A stretch of DNA of 14,041 bases from Gemmatimonadota bacterium (GTDB lineage Bacteria; Gemmatimonadota; Gemmatimonadetes; Gemmatimonadales; Gemmatimonadaceae): positions 1 through 14,041 of the forward strand of contig JANMLN010000069.1 in NCBI GenBank assembly GCA_031372565.1, written 5' to 3'. A program made the position numbers and the translations under genes. Positions 7,486 through 14,041 of the stretch are shown here, piece after piece. Under the pieces are notes generated by a model. The model was not told the origin of the DNA and did no database searches. It was given only the letters and a program-made list of their open reading frames with translations. Every line of letters starts with the position of its first letter. Positions within the stretch are counted from its first letter, which is position 1.

Positions 7486-8929
7486 GCAACACCTCCTCAA
7501 CCGTCGTCAGGCCGGCCTCCACCTTGCGCCATCCGTCGCGACGCAGCGAGCTGCCGCCGCCATCGGCTTCCAATGCCTGCCGGAGCGCGATGCGCGTGGC
7601 CCCCCGTGTGGCGGCATCGCGCAGTGCGTCGGTCATCGTCACCACTTCGAACAGCCCGATGCGCCCGCGATATCCGGTGCCACGACAGCGCGCACAGCCG
7701 GCACCACGCAGCAGGGTGCGATGTCCCACGGGTCGCTCCGAGAGCGCTGCCACGACGTCCGCTCGTGGGGAGTAGGCCGTCCGGCAGTCGTCACACACCC
7801 GACGCACCAGCCGCTGCGCGACGATGCCCTCGACCGTGGCCGCCACGAGGTACGGGGGAATGCCCAGATCGACCAATCGTGGGAGTGCCCCGAGCGCGTC
7901 GGTGGTATGCAGGGTCGAGAACACGACATGCCCCGTCATGGCCGCCTGCATGGCCATCTCGGCGGTCTCGACGTCACGCATCTCCCCGATCATCATGACA
8001 TCGGGGTCCTGGCGCAGGATCGAGCGCAGCGCCGAGGCGAAGGTCACGCCGGCCTCGCGATCCACGGGGACCTGCGTCACCCCCGGCAACTGGAACTCCA
8101 CCGGGTCTTCCACCGTGACAATCTTCTCCCGCGCCGGGTCCCGCTCGCCAAGGGCCGCGTACAGGGTGGTGCTTTTGCCCGAGCCGGTGGGCCCGGTGAC
8201 CAGCAGCAGGCCATGGGCGCGACCGGCGAGTCGCTGCACCACGCGCAAGTCGTCGGCGCCAAGGCCGAGCTCCTCGAGCGTGATCGCTCGCCCGCCGTGT
8301 GCGAGCAAGCGCATGACGACGCTCTCGCCGTGCATCGTGGGGAGGGTGGAGAGTCGCACGTCGAGTTCGCGCGCGGCAAGGCGCACGCGGATCCGCCCAT
8401 CCTGCGGGCGGCGACGTTCGGCGATGTCGCGCCCGGCCATGAGCTTGATGCGGCTGATGACGGCCTCCTCCATGCCGGTCGGCGGCGCCGGGGCCGGGAC
8501 CAGCACGCCATCCACACGAAAACGGGCATCGACCCCGGCTGCATGCGATTCGAGGTGGATGTCACTGGCCCCGGCGTCCACGGCTTCACGGAGCAGCAGG
8601 TTCACGTAGCGAACGACCGGTGCGCCATTGGCGAGGTCACGCAGGTCCGCCGTGCGTTCGGGCAGACTCTCGTCGTGCTCGTTGGCGTGCGCCCCTTCCG
8701 ACAGCAGGCACAGTCGCTCGATTGCCTGCGCCACCTCGTCGGCGGGCGCGGGCTCAAGGCGGAGTGGCGCCTCGTAGGCGCGCGCCAGCTCGGACAGGTC
8801 GGCCACGAGCGCGTTGGGCCCGGTCAAGACCACCACCTCGCCGTCGGTCCCGAGTCGGACGGGCGCGATGCTGCGGTGGAGCAGATAGTCGCGTCGGACG
8901 CCGGGCGCGAGCGGGAGGAGCTGATGCAC
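7469..8929 (-). CDS. gspE: T2SS secretion ATPase E (~486 aa)
   Basis: ASDIH, PQDGRI, Walker A GPTGSGKST, TVEDPVE, LRQDPDVMMIGEMRD, GHVVFSTLHT, tetra-Cys CDDC...CARC. Start is uncertain: GTG 8929 chosen because TTG 8962 and GTG 8959 lie upstream of the predicted sigma-54 transcription start (~8953). Confidence 0.95.
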   Translation of the reverse strand: MHQLLPLAPGVRRDYLLHRSIAPVRLGTDGEVVVLTGPNALVADLSELARAYEAPLRLEPAPADEVAQAIERLCLLSEGAHANEHDESLPERTADLRDLANGAPVVRYVNLLLREAVDAGASDIHLESHAAGVDARFRVDGVLVPAPAPPTGMEEAVISRIKLMAGRDIAERRRPQDGRIRVRLAARELDVRLSTLPTMHGESVVMRLLAHGGRAITLEELGLGADDLRVVQRLAGRAHGLLLVTGPTGSGKSTTLYAALGERDPAREKIVTVEDPVEFQLPGVTQVPVDREAGVTFASALRSILRQDPDVMMIGEMRDVETAEMAMQAAMTGHVVFSTLHTTDALGALPRLVDLGIPPYLVAATVEGIVAQRLVRRVCDDCRTAYSPRADVVAALSERPVGHRTLLRGAGCARCRGTGYRGRIGLFEVVTMTDALRDAATRGATRIALRQALEADGGGSSLRRDGWRKVEAGLTTVEEVLRVLEG

Positions 8930-8963
8930 GGAGAGCCGCAGGTGAGGGGATGCCCTCACCAAG

Positions 8964-8979
8964 AGCAGATTCCATGCCG
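8964..8979 (-). promoter_or_regulatory. Putative sigma-54 (-24/-12) promoter of the gsp operon
   Basis: Minus strand CGGCATGGAATCTGCT = GG-N10-GC, close to TGGCACG-N4-TTGCW; directly upstream of gspE and next to a bEBP gene. Confidence 0.7.
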
Positions 8980-9006
8980 TGCGGCTTACGCCTCTATGCT
9001 GATGTT

Positions 9007-9019
9007 CGGCAACGGGTTA
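9007..9019. promoter_or_regulatory. Possible IHF site between enhancer and gsp promoter
   Basis: cggCAAcgggTTA matches the CAA-N4-TTR core of WATCAANNNNTTR; same distance from the GG as the copy at 10226-10238. Confidence 0.35.
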
Positions 9020-9044
9020 CGGCGTTTCGCTGACCGAGCGCAAC

Positions 9045-9088
9045 GTCACCCAAGCGCGCAGGTGACATCGCCGCGCAGTTCAGGTGAC
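9045..9088 (-). promoter_or_regulatory. Putative upstream activator sequence (bEBP binding site) for the gsp promoter
   Basis: Palindrome GTCACC-N10-GGTGAC (9045-9066) plus a third half-site at 9083-9088; 9042-9073 matches 10186-10217 at 25/32 positions. Confidence 0.6.
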
Positions 9089-10020
9089 GGCGTCCTGACC
9101 AGCGCGAACCGTCGCTCAAGCCGATGCAGGTGCTGGCGCGTGATGCCCAGCGCCCTGGCCGCACTGGCCTTCGTTTCGTGTGCCTCGAGCGCGCGCGCGA
9201 CGTCGTCGCGCGCGACCGCGCCAGCGACGCGGCGCATGCCAGCGGGCAGCTGCCGTGCACAGAATCCGTCCTCGAGGTGTCGGGGCAGCAAGGTCGTGTC
9301 TGGGCTCAGGGCCAAGAACTGACAGGTATTCCAGAGGTCCCACACATTGCCTGGCCACTCCGCCTCGAGCAGCAGCCGCGCCAGGGGCGGGCTGATCTCC
9401 CATTCCGTCGCGCGCCCGCGCATGCGCGCCAGCCGCGCCAGGAAGTGCGTCGCGAGAGCGAGAATCTCTTCGGATCGCTCGCGCAGAGGCGGCACGCGGA
9501 TTTCTGTTGAGCCAATGCGCGCCAGCAGGTCCGTCCGCATCGTGCCCGCGGCGGATCGCGCCGTGAGGTCTTCGTTCGTGGCGAACACGAAACGCGTATC
9601 GACGCTGCGCTCGCGCGGTTCGCCCATGCGCCGATACGCATTGCGTCCGAGGATGCCGAGCAGGATCGTCTGGATGCGCGTGCTCGCGAGTTGGATCTCG
9701 TCGAGCAGCAGCGTGCCGCCCCGTGCGAAATCGAGCCAACCGCTCGCGTCGGCGTCAGCGCCGGTGAAGCTCCCGCGTCGGTGACCACAAAGCTGGCTGA
9801 GCGCGAGCTCATCGTTGAGCGCCGGGAGCTCGCCGACGACGAGGTCGCCCGTGCGCCCTGAGAGATCATGCAGGACGCGGGCCAGGCTTGTCTTGCCCAC
9901 GCCAGGCTCCCCCATGAGCACGACGCGGACCTCCGAGCGAGCGACGTAGCTCAGCTTGTCGAGCACGCGCCGAGTAGCTGGCGACGTGCCGGGCCAAAGA
10001 ACATTCGACGAGAGCAGCAT
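9046..10020 (-). CDS. Sigma-54-dependent enhancer-binding AAA+ regulator with Fis-type HTH and no N-terminal sensor domain (PspF/HrpR-like architecture)
   Basis: GEPGVGKT Walker A, GHRRGSFTGA loop, GGTLLLDEI Walker B, RTDLLARI, VPPLRER, WPGN, C-terminal KASAARALGITRQHLHR HTH. Start ATG 10020 or 10053. Confidence 0.92.
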   Translation of the reverse strand: MLLSSNVLWPGTSPATRRVLDKLSYVARSEVRVVLMGEPGVGKTSLARVLHDLSGRTGDLVVGELPALNDELALSQLCGHRRGSFTGADADASGWLDFARGGTLLLDEIQLASTRIQTILLGILGRNAYRRMGEPRERSVDTRFVFATNEDLTARSAAGTMRTDLLARIGSTEIRVPPLRERSEEILALATHFLARLARMRGRATEWEISPPLARLLLEAEWPGNVWDLWNTCQFLALSPDTTLLPRHLEDGFCARQLPAGMRRVAGAVARDDVARALEAHETKASAARALGITRQHLHRLERRFALVRTPSPELRGDVTCALG

Positions 10021-10166
10021 GGCAGTGCACGTACGGGAGCACCCATGCGGCATCGAACGCCGTTGTCCGATGCGCGCGCGCTAGTTCCGATTTTCTCGTG
10101 GATAGGAATGAAAACAACGACGTTTCGGATGTCCATAGGCCGCTTGCCCTATGCCTCCGATGTGGC

Positions 10167-10210
10167 GTCACCGCACAAGCGACTGAACGTCACCTTCGGC
10201 CACAGGTTAC
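10167..10210 (+). promoter_or_regulatory. Putative upstream activator sequence for the rhs promoter
   Basis: GTCACC(10167)-N16-GTCACC(10189)-N10-GGTTAC(10205): same spacing as 9088-9045 read in promoter orientation. Confidence 0.6.
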
Positions 10211-10225
10211 ATCGCCGTCGACCGG

Positions 10226-10238
10226 TAACCGATTGAAG
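10226..10238. promoter_or_regulatory. Possible IHF site between enhancer and rhs promoter
   Basis: Reverse complement ctTCAAtcggTTA matches 7 of 9 specified positions of WATCAANNNNTTR. Confidence 0.4.
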
Positions 10239-10265
10239 GAGAACGAGTTGTGAATCGCAATCTGG

Positions 10266-10281
10266 TGGCACGCGACCTGCC
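10266..10281 (+). promoter_or_regulatory. Putative sigma-54 (-24/-12) promoter of the small-gene/rhs operon
   Basis: TGGCACGCGACCTGCC: perfect TGGCACG -24 box with GG-N10-GC spacing. Confidence 0.78.
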
Positions 10282-10372
10282 CCACGGTGATGCGTGCGTA
10301 ACGAGGCCGGCCTACTTGTGCCGGAGTCGTGACGCCCCAGTTCGCCTACCCCCCCACGACCTGAGGCGCACC

Positions 10373-10717
10373 ATGACCGTGATGTCGTCGCGCACTTGTG
10401 CGATTCTGACAGTAGTCTCGCTCGCTCTCGCGGCCACGGCCGCGCACGTTGGGGCGCAGCAGTCCACCGGCCTCACCATCCGCAACGAGCGCACGGTGCC
10501 GGTGACCATCGAGATTGGCGTGGACACGGGCGCTGGATGCAAGCTGCCCAAGGTGTTGACCGCCACCGACGTGCCGGCAGGGGGCGCCTACCGCCTCACC
10601 ACCTCGCGCGGGTTCTGCTGGCGGCGGCAGGCCACGCCGGGGCAGAAGGACGGCAAGTGGGCGGCGTGGGCCACGGAGCGCAAGACGGATGATCGGTCGG
10701 TTGAGGTGAAGCCGTGA
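10373..10717 (+). CDS. Small exported hypothetical protein (114 aa, Sec signal, beta-rich, two Cys in the mature part)
   Basis: GAGG 6 nt before ATG 10373; MTVMSSRTCAILTVVSLALAATAAHVGA|QQST signal; strong GC3 bias; stop overlaps the rhs GTG (GTGA). Confidence 0.82.
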   Translation: MTVMSSRTCAILTVVSLALAATAAHVGAQQSTGLTIRNERTVPVTIEIGVDTGAGCKLPKVLTATDVPAGGAYRLTTSRGFCWRRQATPGQKDGKWAAWATERKTDDRSVEVKP

Positions 10718-13700
10718 GCACCCGCTTGCTGTCCAGGCTCGCGGGGCTCGCGCTCGCCGCCGCGACCTTCGGCGGCACGCCGGTCGTGGCGCAGTCTCCG
10801 ATGGTCAAGATCACACCAACCTCGCGCGTGGTGCTTGGGCAACCCACGATCACCGTCACGATCGCGTGGTGCTCGTATCAAGCCGGGCCTGAGTATCAGC
10901 TGATCTTCGACGATCGCGTGGTTCGCGTCAACGGGGTGGTCGTGCAGGACTACGATCCCCAGTGGGACCCTGAAGCGTGCAACCACACGGGTTACTTGGC
11001 CGACCAGTCGTACTGGACCACCAAGGTGGACGTTCCGGTTGACACCGGCGGCATTGCTGGAGTTTATGCGTACGCCACGACCTTGTGGAACTTCGCCGCG
11101 TCTGCGTACGAGCAGTACCCTGGTCCCCTAAAGCGCTGGTATACCGGATCGGTGGTTGCCGAGGCGCCGTACCAGCAAGTACACCCCGGAAGCAGCACGA
11201 CCCACTTTGTGTACACCTACGGCGACAACCCGGGGAACGAATCGGGGCTAAGTCCATCCTGTACGGGCGCTGTGTCGAACTGCTCGCTCGGAACGACGAC
11301 CTGGCTGGTGCCGAACAAGGTCGCACGCATCCCGCTGACGTACACGGCCGCCGCGAGTGGCACGGGAACGATCCAGTGGGGGAACGCCCGCGTGGATGTC
11401 GTGGTGCTGCCCACAGGGCCTGCGACCGGGAGCGTCACGATCGTGAGCGCGAGTCCGGGAGCCAACGGCTACTGGGATCGCGGCCAATGCGTCACGGCCG
11501 CGCTCGGTGAGGGGGCCGCGGTCGAATGCGGCAACCTCCGCCTCGCGCACTCGTTGCCCGGGGTACGAACCTTGGGGAAGACGCGAGCGCCCACGCTGCT
11601 GTACCTCTCGTCGACCGCGCACCAGAAGCCCATCATTCAGGCCGACGTGGCGCTGCCCACCACCTGGGGCAGCGTGCCCGCCACGGTCCAGGCCTGCATC
11701 ATGTTGGGCAGCACCCCGCGCGGTTGCACGAGCTATAGCGGTAGCGACTGGGGCGCACTGGGACGCGTGCGCCGCATTGCGGTCGCGGGTGACGACGGCT
11801 TCTGGCCAACCGGCGTGACTGCCTTCGACCTCCAGATCTCCGCCTCGGGTGCGCTGGCAATGGCAGCGGTGGCGGGAGAGCTGGTCACCGTCAACCGAGC
11901 CAAGAGTCCCTTCGGGTCGGGGTGGTGGCTGGCCGGAATGAGCCAGCTGGTCCCAGCATCCGGCGGGCGTCGACTCATCGTCGGCGGTGACGGATCCGCA
12001 CGACTGTACTCGACGGCGGGGCTCGCGAACAACCCCACGCGGCCGGATACACTGGATTGCTCTGGTGCGCAGTGCATCCAAAGACTCCCGGACAATGTGC
12101 GCGTGGCGTTCGACAAGGTCACGGGATTCCACATGTCCACCACCGACCGCGACGGCTTCGTCACCTCGTTCACATACGACGGTGACGGCTGCCCCACGGG
12201 CATCGTGGTGCCCACGCCAACGGCGACGCTCAACTACCAATTGACGTGCGCGTCGAAGCGCGTCGTGAGCGTTCGAGCTCCCGGGTTGAACGGCAATGAT
12301 GCCACGCGAACCGTCCAGATCGCGTATCAGGTGATGCCCAACGACACCAGCGGCCGCGTTGTGATGATTACGGACCCAGACGGCACCAACATCGGCTTCG
12401 GCTTCGACGCGGCGTATCAGCGGCTCGTGATTTCCCGACGCAACCAGTTGAACAAGGTGACAAGCTTCGGCTATGGCCCCGGACTGATCGTCGCGAATGC
12501 TACCCGACCGCTCGGCATTGTCACCACCATTCAGGCATCCGAGAATCGTGGCCTCTACGGCGCACAGGTGCTCGGCAACGTCTACACCCGCATTGACGGG
12601 CCGCGCAGCGACGTCGCCGACTACACCACCTTCTACGTGAATGCCTACGGCGCCCCAACCCGCATCCAGGACGCCGCTGGAAATGTCACGGCGCTCCGCT
12701 ACTCCAGCCTCTGGCCGGGACTCGTAGACTCGGTGCGCTCGCCCACGGGGGTCGTGAGCCGAGCCAAGTACAACGCGCGCGGGCTCGTCGACACCCTCCG
12801 CGTCATCAATGCGAATGGCGCCAACGAAGTGGCGACCACGGCGTATAGCTGGCACGGCACGTGGAGTATCCCCATTGCGGTCCGTTCCCCGCTCGGGCTC
12901 TACGACTCCACGGCAGTGAATGCCGCGACGGGCAAGATTCAGTGGACGCAGCGCGGCCTCAGTGCATCGCGACGGTCCCGCTTCTGGTACGACGTCACCG
13001 GCAAGCGGCTCGATTCGACCGCCACCCCCATGGGGGCGGTGACCCGCTACGGCTACGACGCCTTGGGCAATGTGAGCGCCGTCACAGACCCCAAGGGGAT
13101 TCCGTCGTACAGCTATGGAGATGCGATCGGGCGGGACACCCTGACAGTGGCCTCGCGCGACACCACGGCCACCAACCCCACCTCCGTGCTGGCGACCGGT
13201 AATCGCACCCGCACCTACTATTCGGTCATGAGCCGCGTTGACTCAGCGCGAAGCTTTGGACCGAGCGTCACGGCGCCGGCCCTGCCGGGCGGGTCGCCGC
13301 GGACGCATACGGATTCCGCAATCATCGTGACCTCCACCTACGACGCGGTGGGACGCGTCACGCAGATCGGGCGCCGCTTCCTCAATGACCCGCGCAGCGC
13401 GGGGTGGGTGACGCTGCTCAACCAGACGGTCTACGACGACGCCGGTCGCACGACACAGGTGATCAGCCCGGAGGCGGGGAGCACCCTGTTCTACAAGGAT
13501 TTGGCCGGGAACGACACGGCCGTGGCGACGCCGCGGGGGACGCTCAAGTTCAAGGTGGACGCGCTCGGGCGCGTGACGCGCAAGGCGACGCCGCAGGTGA
13601 ACTTCCAGGTCCAGACCCCGTGGGTGAACCAACTGTTCGCCGTCAACTGGTTCCAGTTCCCGACGCGTGACAATCAGAGCGGCCTCTGCATTGCCAGCGA

Positions 13701-14041
13701 CACCGCGTTCTTCGAGTATGGACCCGGCGGCACGTTGACACGCGCCTCGAACGCGTGGGCGACCACGACGCGCACATACACGCCGGCCGGTGCGATCACG
13801 AACGAGACGCAGGCGCTGCGCAGCTACTTCACCTACGCCCCGCAACCCTGCGGCGGTGGTGATCGGCGCGCCGGGGCCTTGACGGACTGGGACTACGTCA
13901 CGACGGGGAGCGTCGACCACAGCTACGACCTGGAGGGGCGGCGCACCGGCGTGAGTGCCTCCGCGCCCGGGGCCACCCTCGGCCTCACGAGCTATCGCTA
14001 CCACGCCATCACCGGCACCCTCGATACCGTGGTCGGCCCCA
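10714..14041 (+). CDS. Rhs/YD-repeat protein with N-terminal Sec signal peptide (>=1109 aa, truncated at the window end)
   Basis: Translated by hand, no stop in 10714-14040. SD GAGGTG 5 nt before GTG; signal MSTRLLSRLAGLALAAATFGGTPVVA|Q; SPFGSGWWL motif; YD repeats TDRDGFVTSFTYD, YNARGLV, TRYGYDALGNVSAVTDPKG, TYDAVGRVTQI, VYDDAGRTTQV, DALGRVTR, SYDLEGRRTGV. Confidence 0.93.
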   Translation, partial: MSTRLLSRLAGLALAAATFGGTPVVAQSPMVKITPTSRVVLGQPTITVTIAWCSYQAGPEYQLIFDDRVVRVNGVVVQDYDPQWDPEACNHTGYLADQSYWTTKVDVPVDTGGIAGVYAYATTLWNFAASAYEQYPGPLKRWYTGSVVAEAPYQQVHPGSSTTHFVYTYGDNPGNESGLSPSCTGAVSNCSLGTTTWLVPNKVARIPLTYTAAASGTGTIQWGNARVDVVVLPTGPATGSVTIVSASPGANGYWDRGQCVTAALGEGAAVECGNLRLAHSLPGVRTLGKTRAPTLLYLSSTAHQKPIIQADVALPTTWGSVPATVQACIMLGSTPRGCTSYSGSDWGALGRVRRIAVAGDDGFWPTGVTAFDLQISASGALAMAAVAGELVTVNRAKSPFGSGWWLAGMSQLVPASGGRRLIVGGDGSARLYSTAGLANNPTRPDTLDCSGAQCIQRLPDNVRVAFDKVTGFHMSTTDRDGFVTSFTYDGDGCPTGIVVPTPTATLNYQLTCASKRVVSVRAPGLNGNDATRTVQIAYQVMPNDTSGRVVMITDPDGTNIGFGFDAAYQRLVISRRNQLNKVTSFGYGPGLIVANATRPLGIVTTIQASENRGLYGAQVLGNVYTRIDGPRSDVADYTTFYVNAYGAPTRIQDAAGNVTALRYSSLWPGLVDSVRSPTGVVSRAKYNARGLVDTLRVINANGANEVATTAYSWHGTWSIPIAVRSPLGLYDSTAVNAATGKIQWTQRGLSASRRSRFWYDVTGKRLDSTATPMGAVTRYGYDALGNVSAVTDPKGIPSYSYGDAIGRDTLTVASRDTTATNPTSVLATGNRTRTYYSVMSRVDSARSFGPSVTAPALPGGSPRTHTDSAIIVTSTYDAVGRVTQIGRRFLNDPRSAGWVTLLNQTVYDDAGRTTQVISPEAGSTLFYKDLAGNDTAVATPRGTLKFKVDALGRVTRKATPQVNFQVQTPWVNQLFAVNWFQFPTRDNQSGLCIASDTAFFEYGPGGTLTRASNAWATTTRTYTPAGAITNETQALRSYFTYAPQPCGGGDRRAGALTDWDYVTTGSVDHSYDLEGRRTGVSASAPGATLGLTSYRYHAITGTLDTVVGP
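13901..14041 (+). repeat. Right copy of the 141-bp perfect terminal inverted repeat
   Basis: Exact reverse complement of 1-141; lies inside the rhs coding sequence. Confidence 0.97.

Noticed and set aside
173..8929. Type IV pilus or competence operon rather than T2SS
   Set aside because: GspG- and GspK-specific motifs and a GspD-type N0 are present; no PilT or PilM-like gene is in the window.
7379..9322. 647-aa plus-strand ORF, and similar long ORFs at 5700-6878 (+), 702-1880 (-) and 972-1595 (+)
   Set aside because: Antisense or alternate-frame shadows of gspE, gspF and gspD, expected at high GC; no recognisable motifs.
10085..10155. AT-richer patch as a sigma-70 promoter for the regulator; CATAGG/CCTATG hairpin
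   Set aside because: Only weak -35/-10 similarity and a 6-bp stem; not supportable from sequence alone.
10205..10230. GGTTAC-N14-GTAACC as a separate palindromic operator
   Set aside because: The equivalent spacing at the gsp promoter is 24 nt. GTAACC keeps a fixed distance to the promoter instead and fits better as part of an IHF-like site.
10236..10372. Longer start (GTG 10250, with AAGGAG upstream) for the small exported protein
   Set aside because: It would bury the signal peptide behind 41 non-signal residues and lies upstream of the sigma-54 promoter; ATG 10373 has its own SD. Not fully excluded.
11248..14004. Minus-strand ORFs of 535 aa and 253 aa, and the 38-313 plus ORF that shares the latter's N-terminus
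   Set aside because: Antisense shadows of rhs; the shared N-terminus simply reflects the 141-bp inverted repeat.
1..14041. Terminal inverted repeats as the ends of a transposon, linear plasmid or phage
   Set aside because: The repeat is internal rhs coding sequence, its length equals a common assembler k-mer, and no transposase, recombinase, replication or phage gene is present.

Overview
High-GC bacterial window (Gemmatimonadota/FCB-like by inference only) that looks like one complete assembly contig. The minus strand carries a tightly overlapping 11-gene type II secretion (T2SS) operon in the order gspE-G-F-H-I-J-K-L-M-C(like)-D. In the middle is a sigma-54 enhancer-binding protein (bEBP) with no sensor domain. 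On the plus strand, diverging from it, are a small signal-peptide protein and a large Sec-signal YD/Rhs-repeat protein (>=1109 aa, open at the window end, missing from the ORF track). Both operons have a -24/-12 sigma-54 promoter preceded by the same upstream motif layout (GTCACC-N16-GTCACC-N10-GGTKAC, then GTAACC 36 nt before the GG), which suggests a co-regulated T2SS + Rhs delivery module. The first 141 nt are the exact reverse complement of the last 141 nt, so a second rhs-core copy begins in frame just after gspD. This may be an orphan rhs module flanking an invertible cassette, or an assembly effect.
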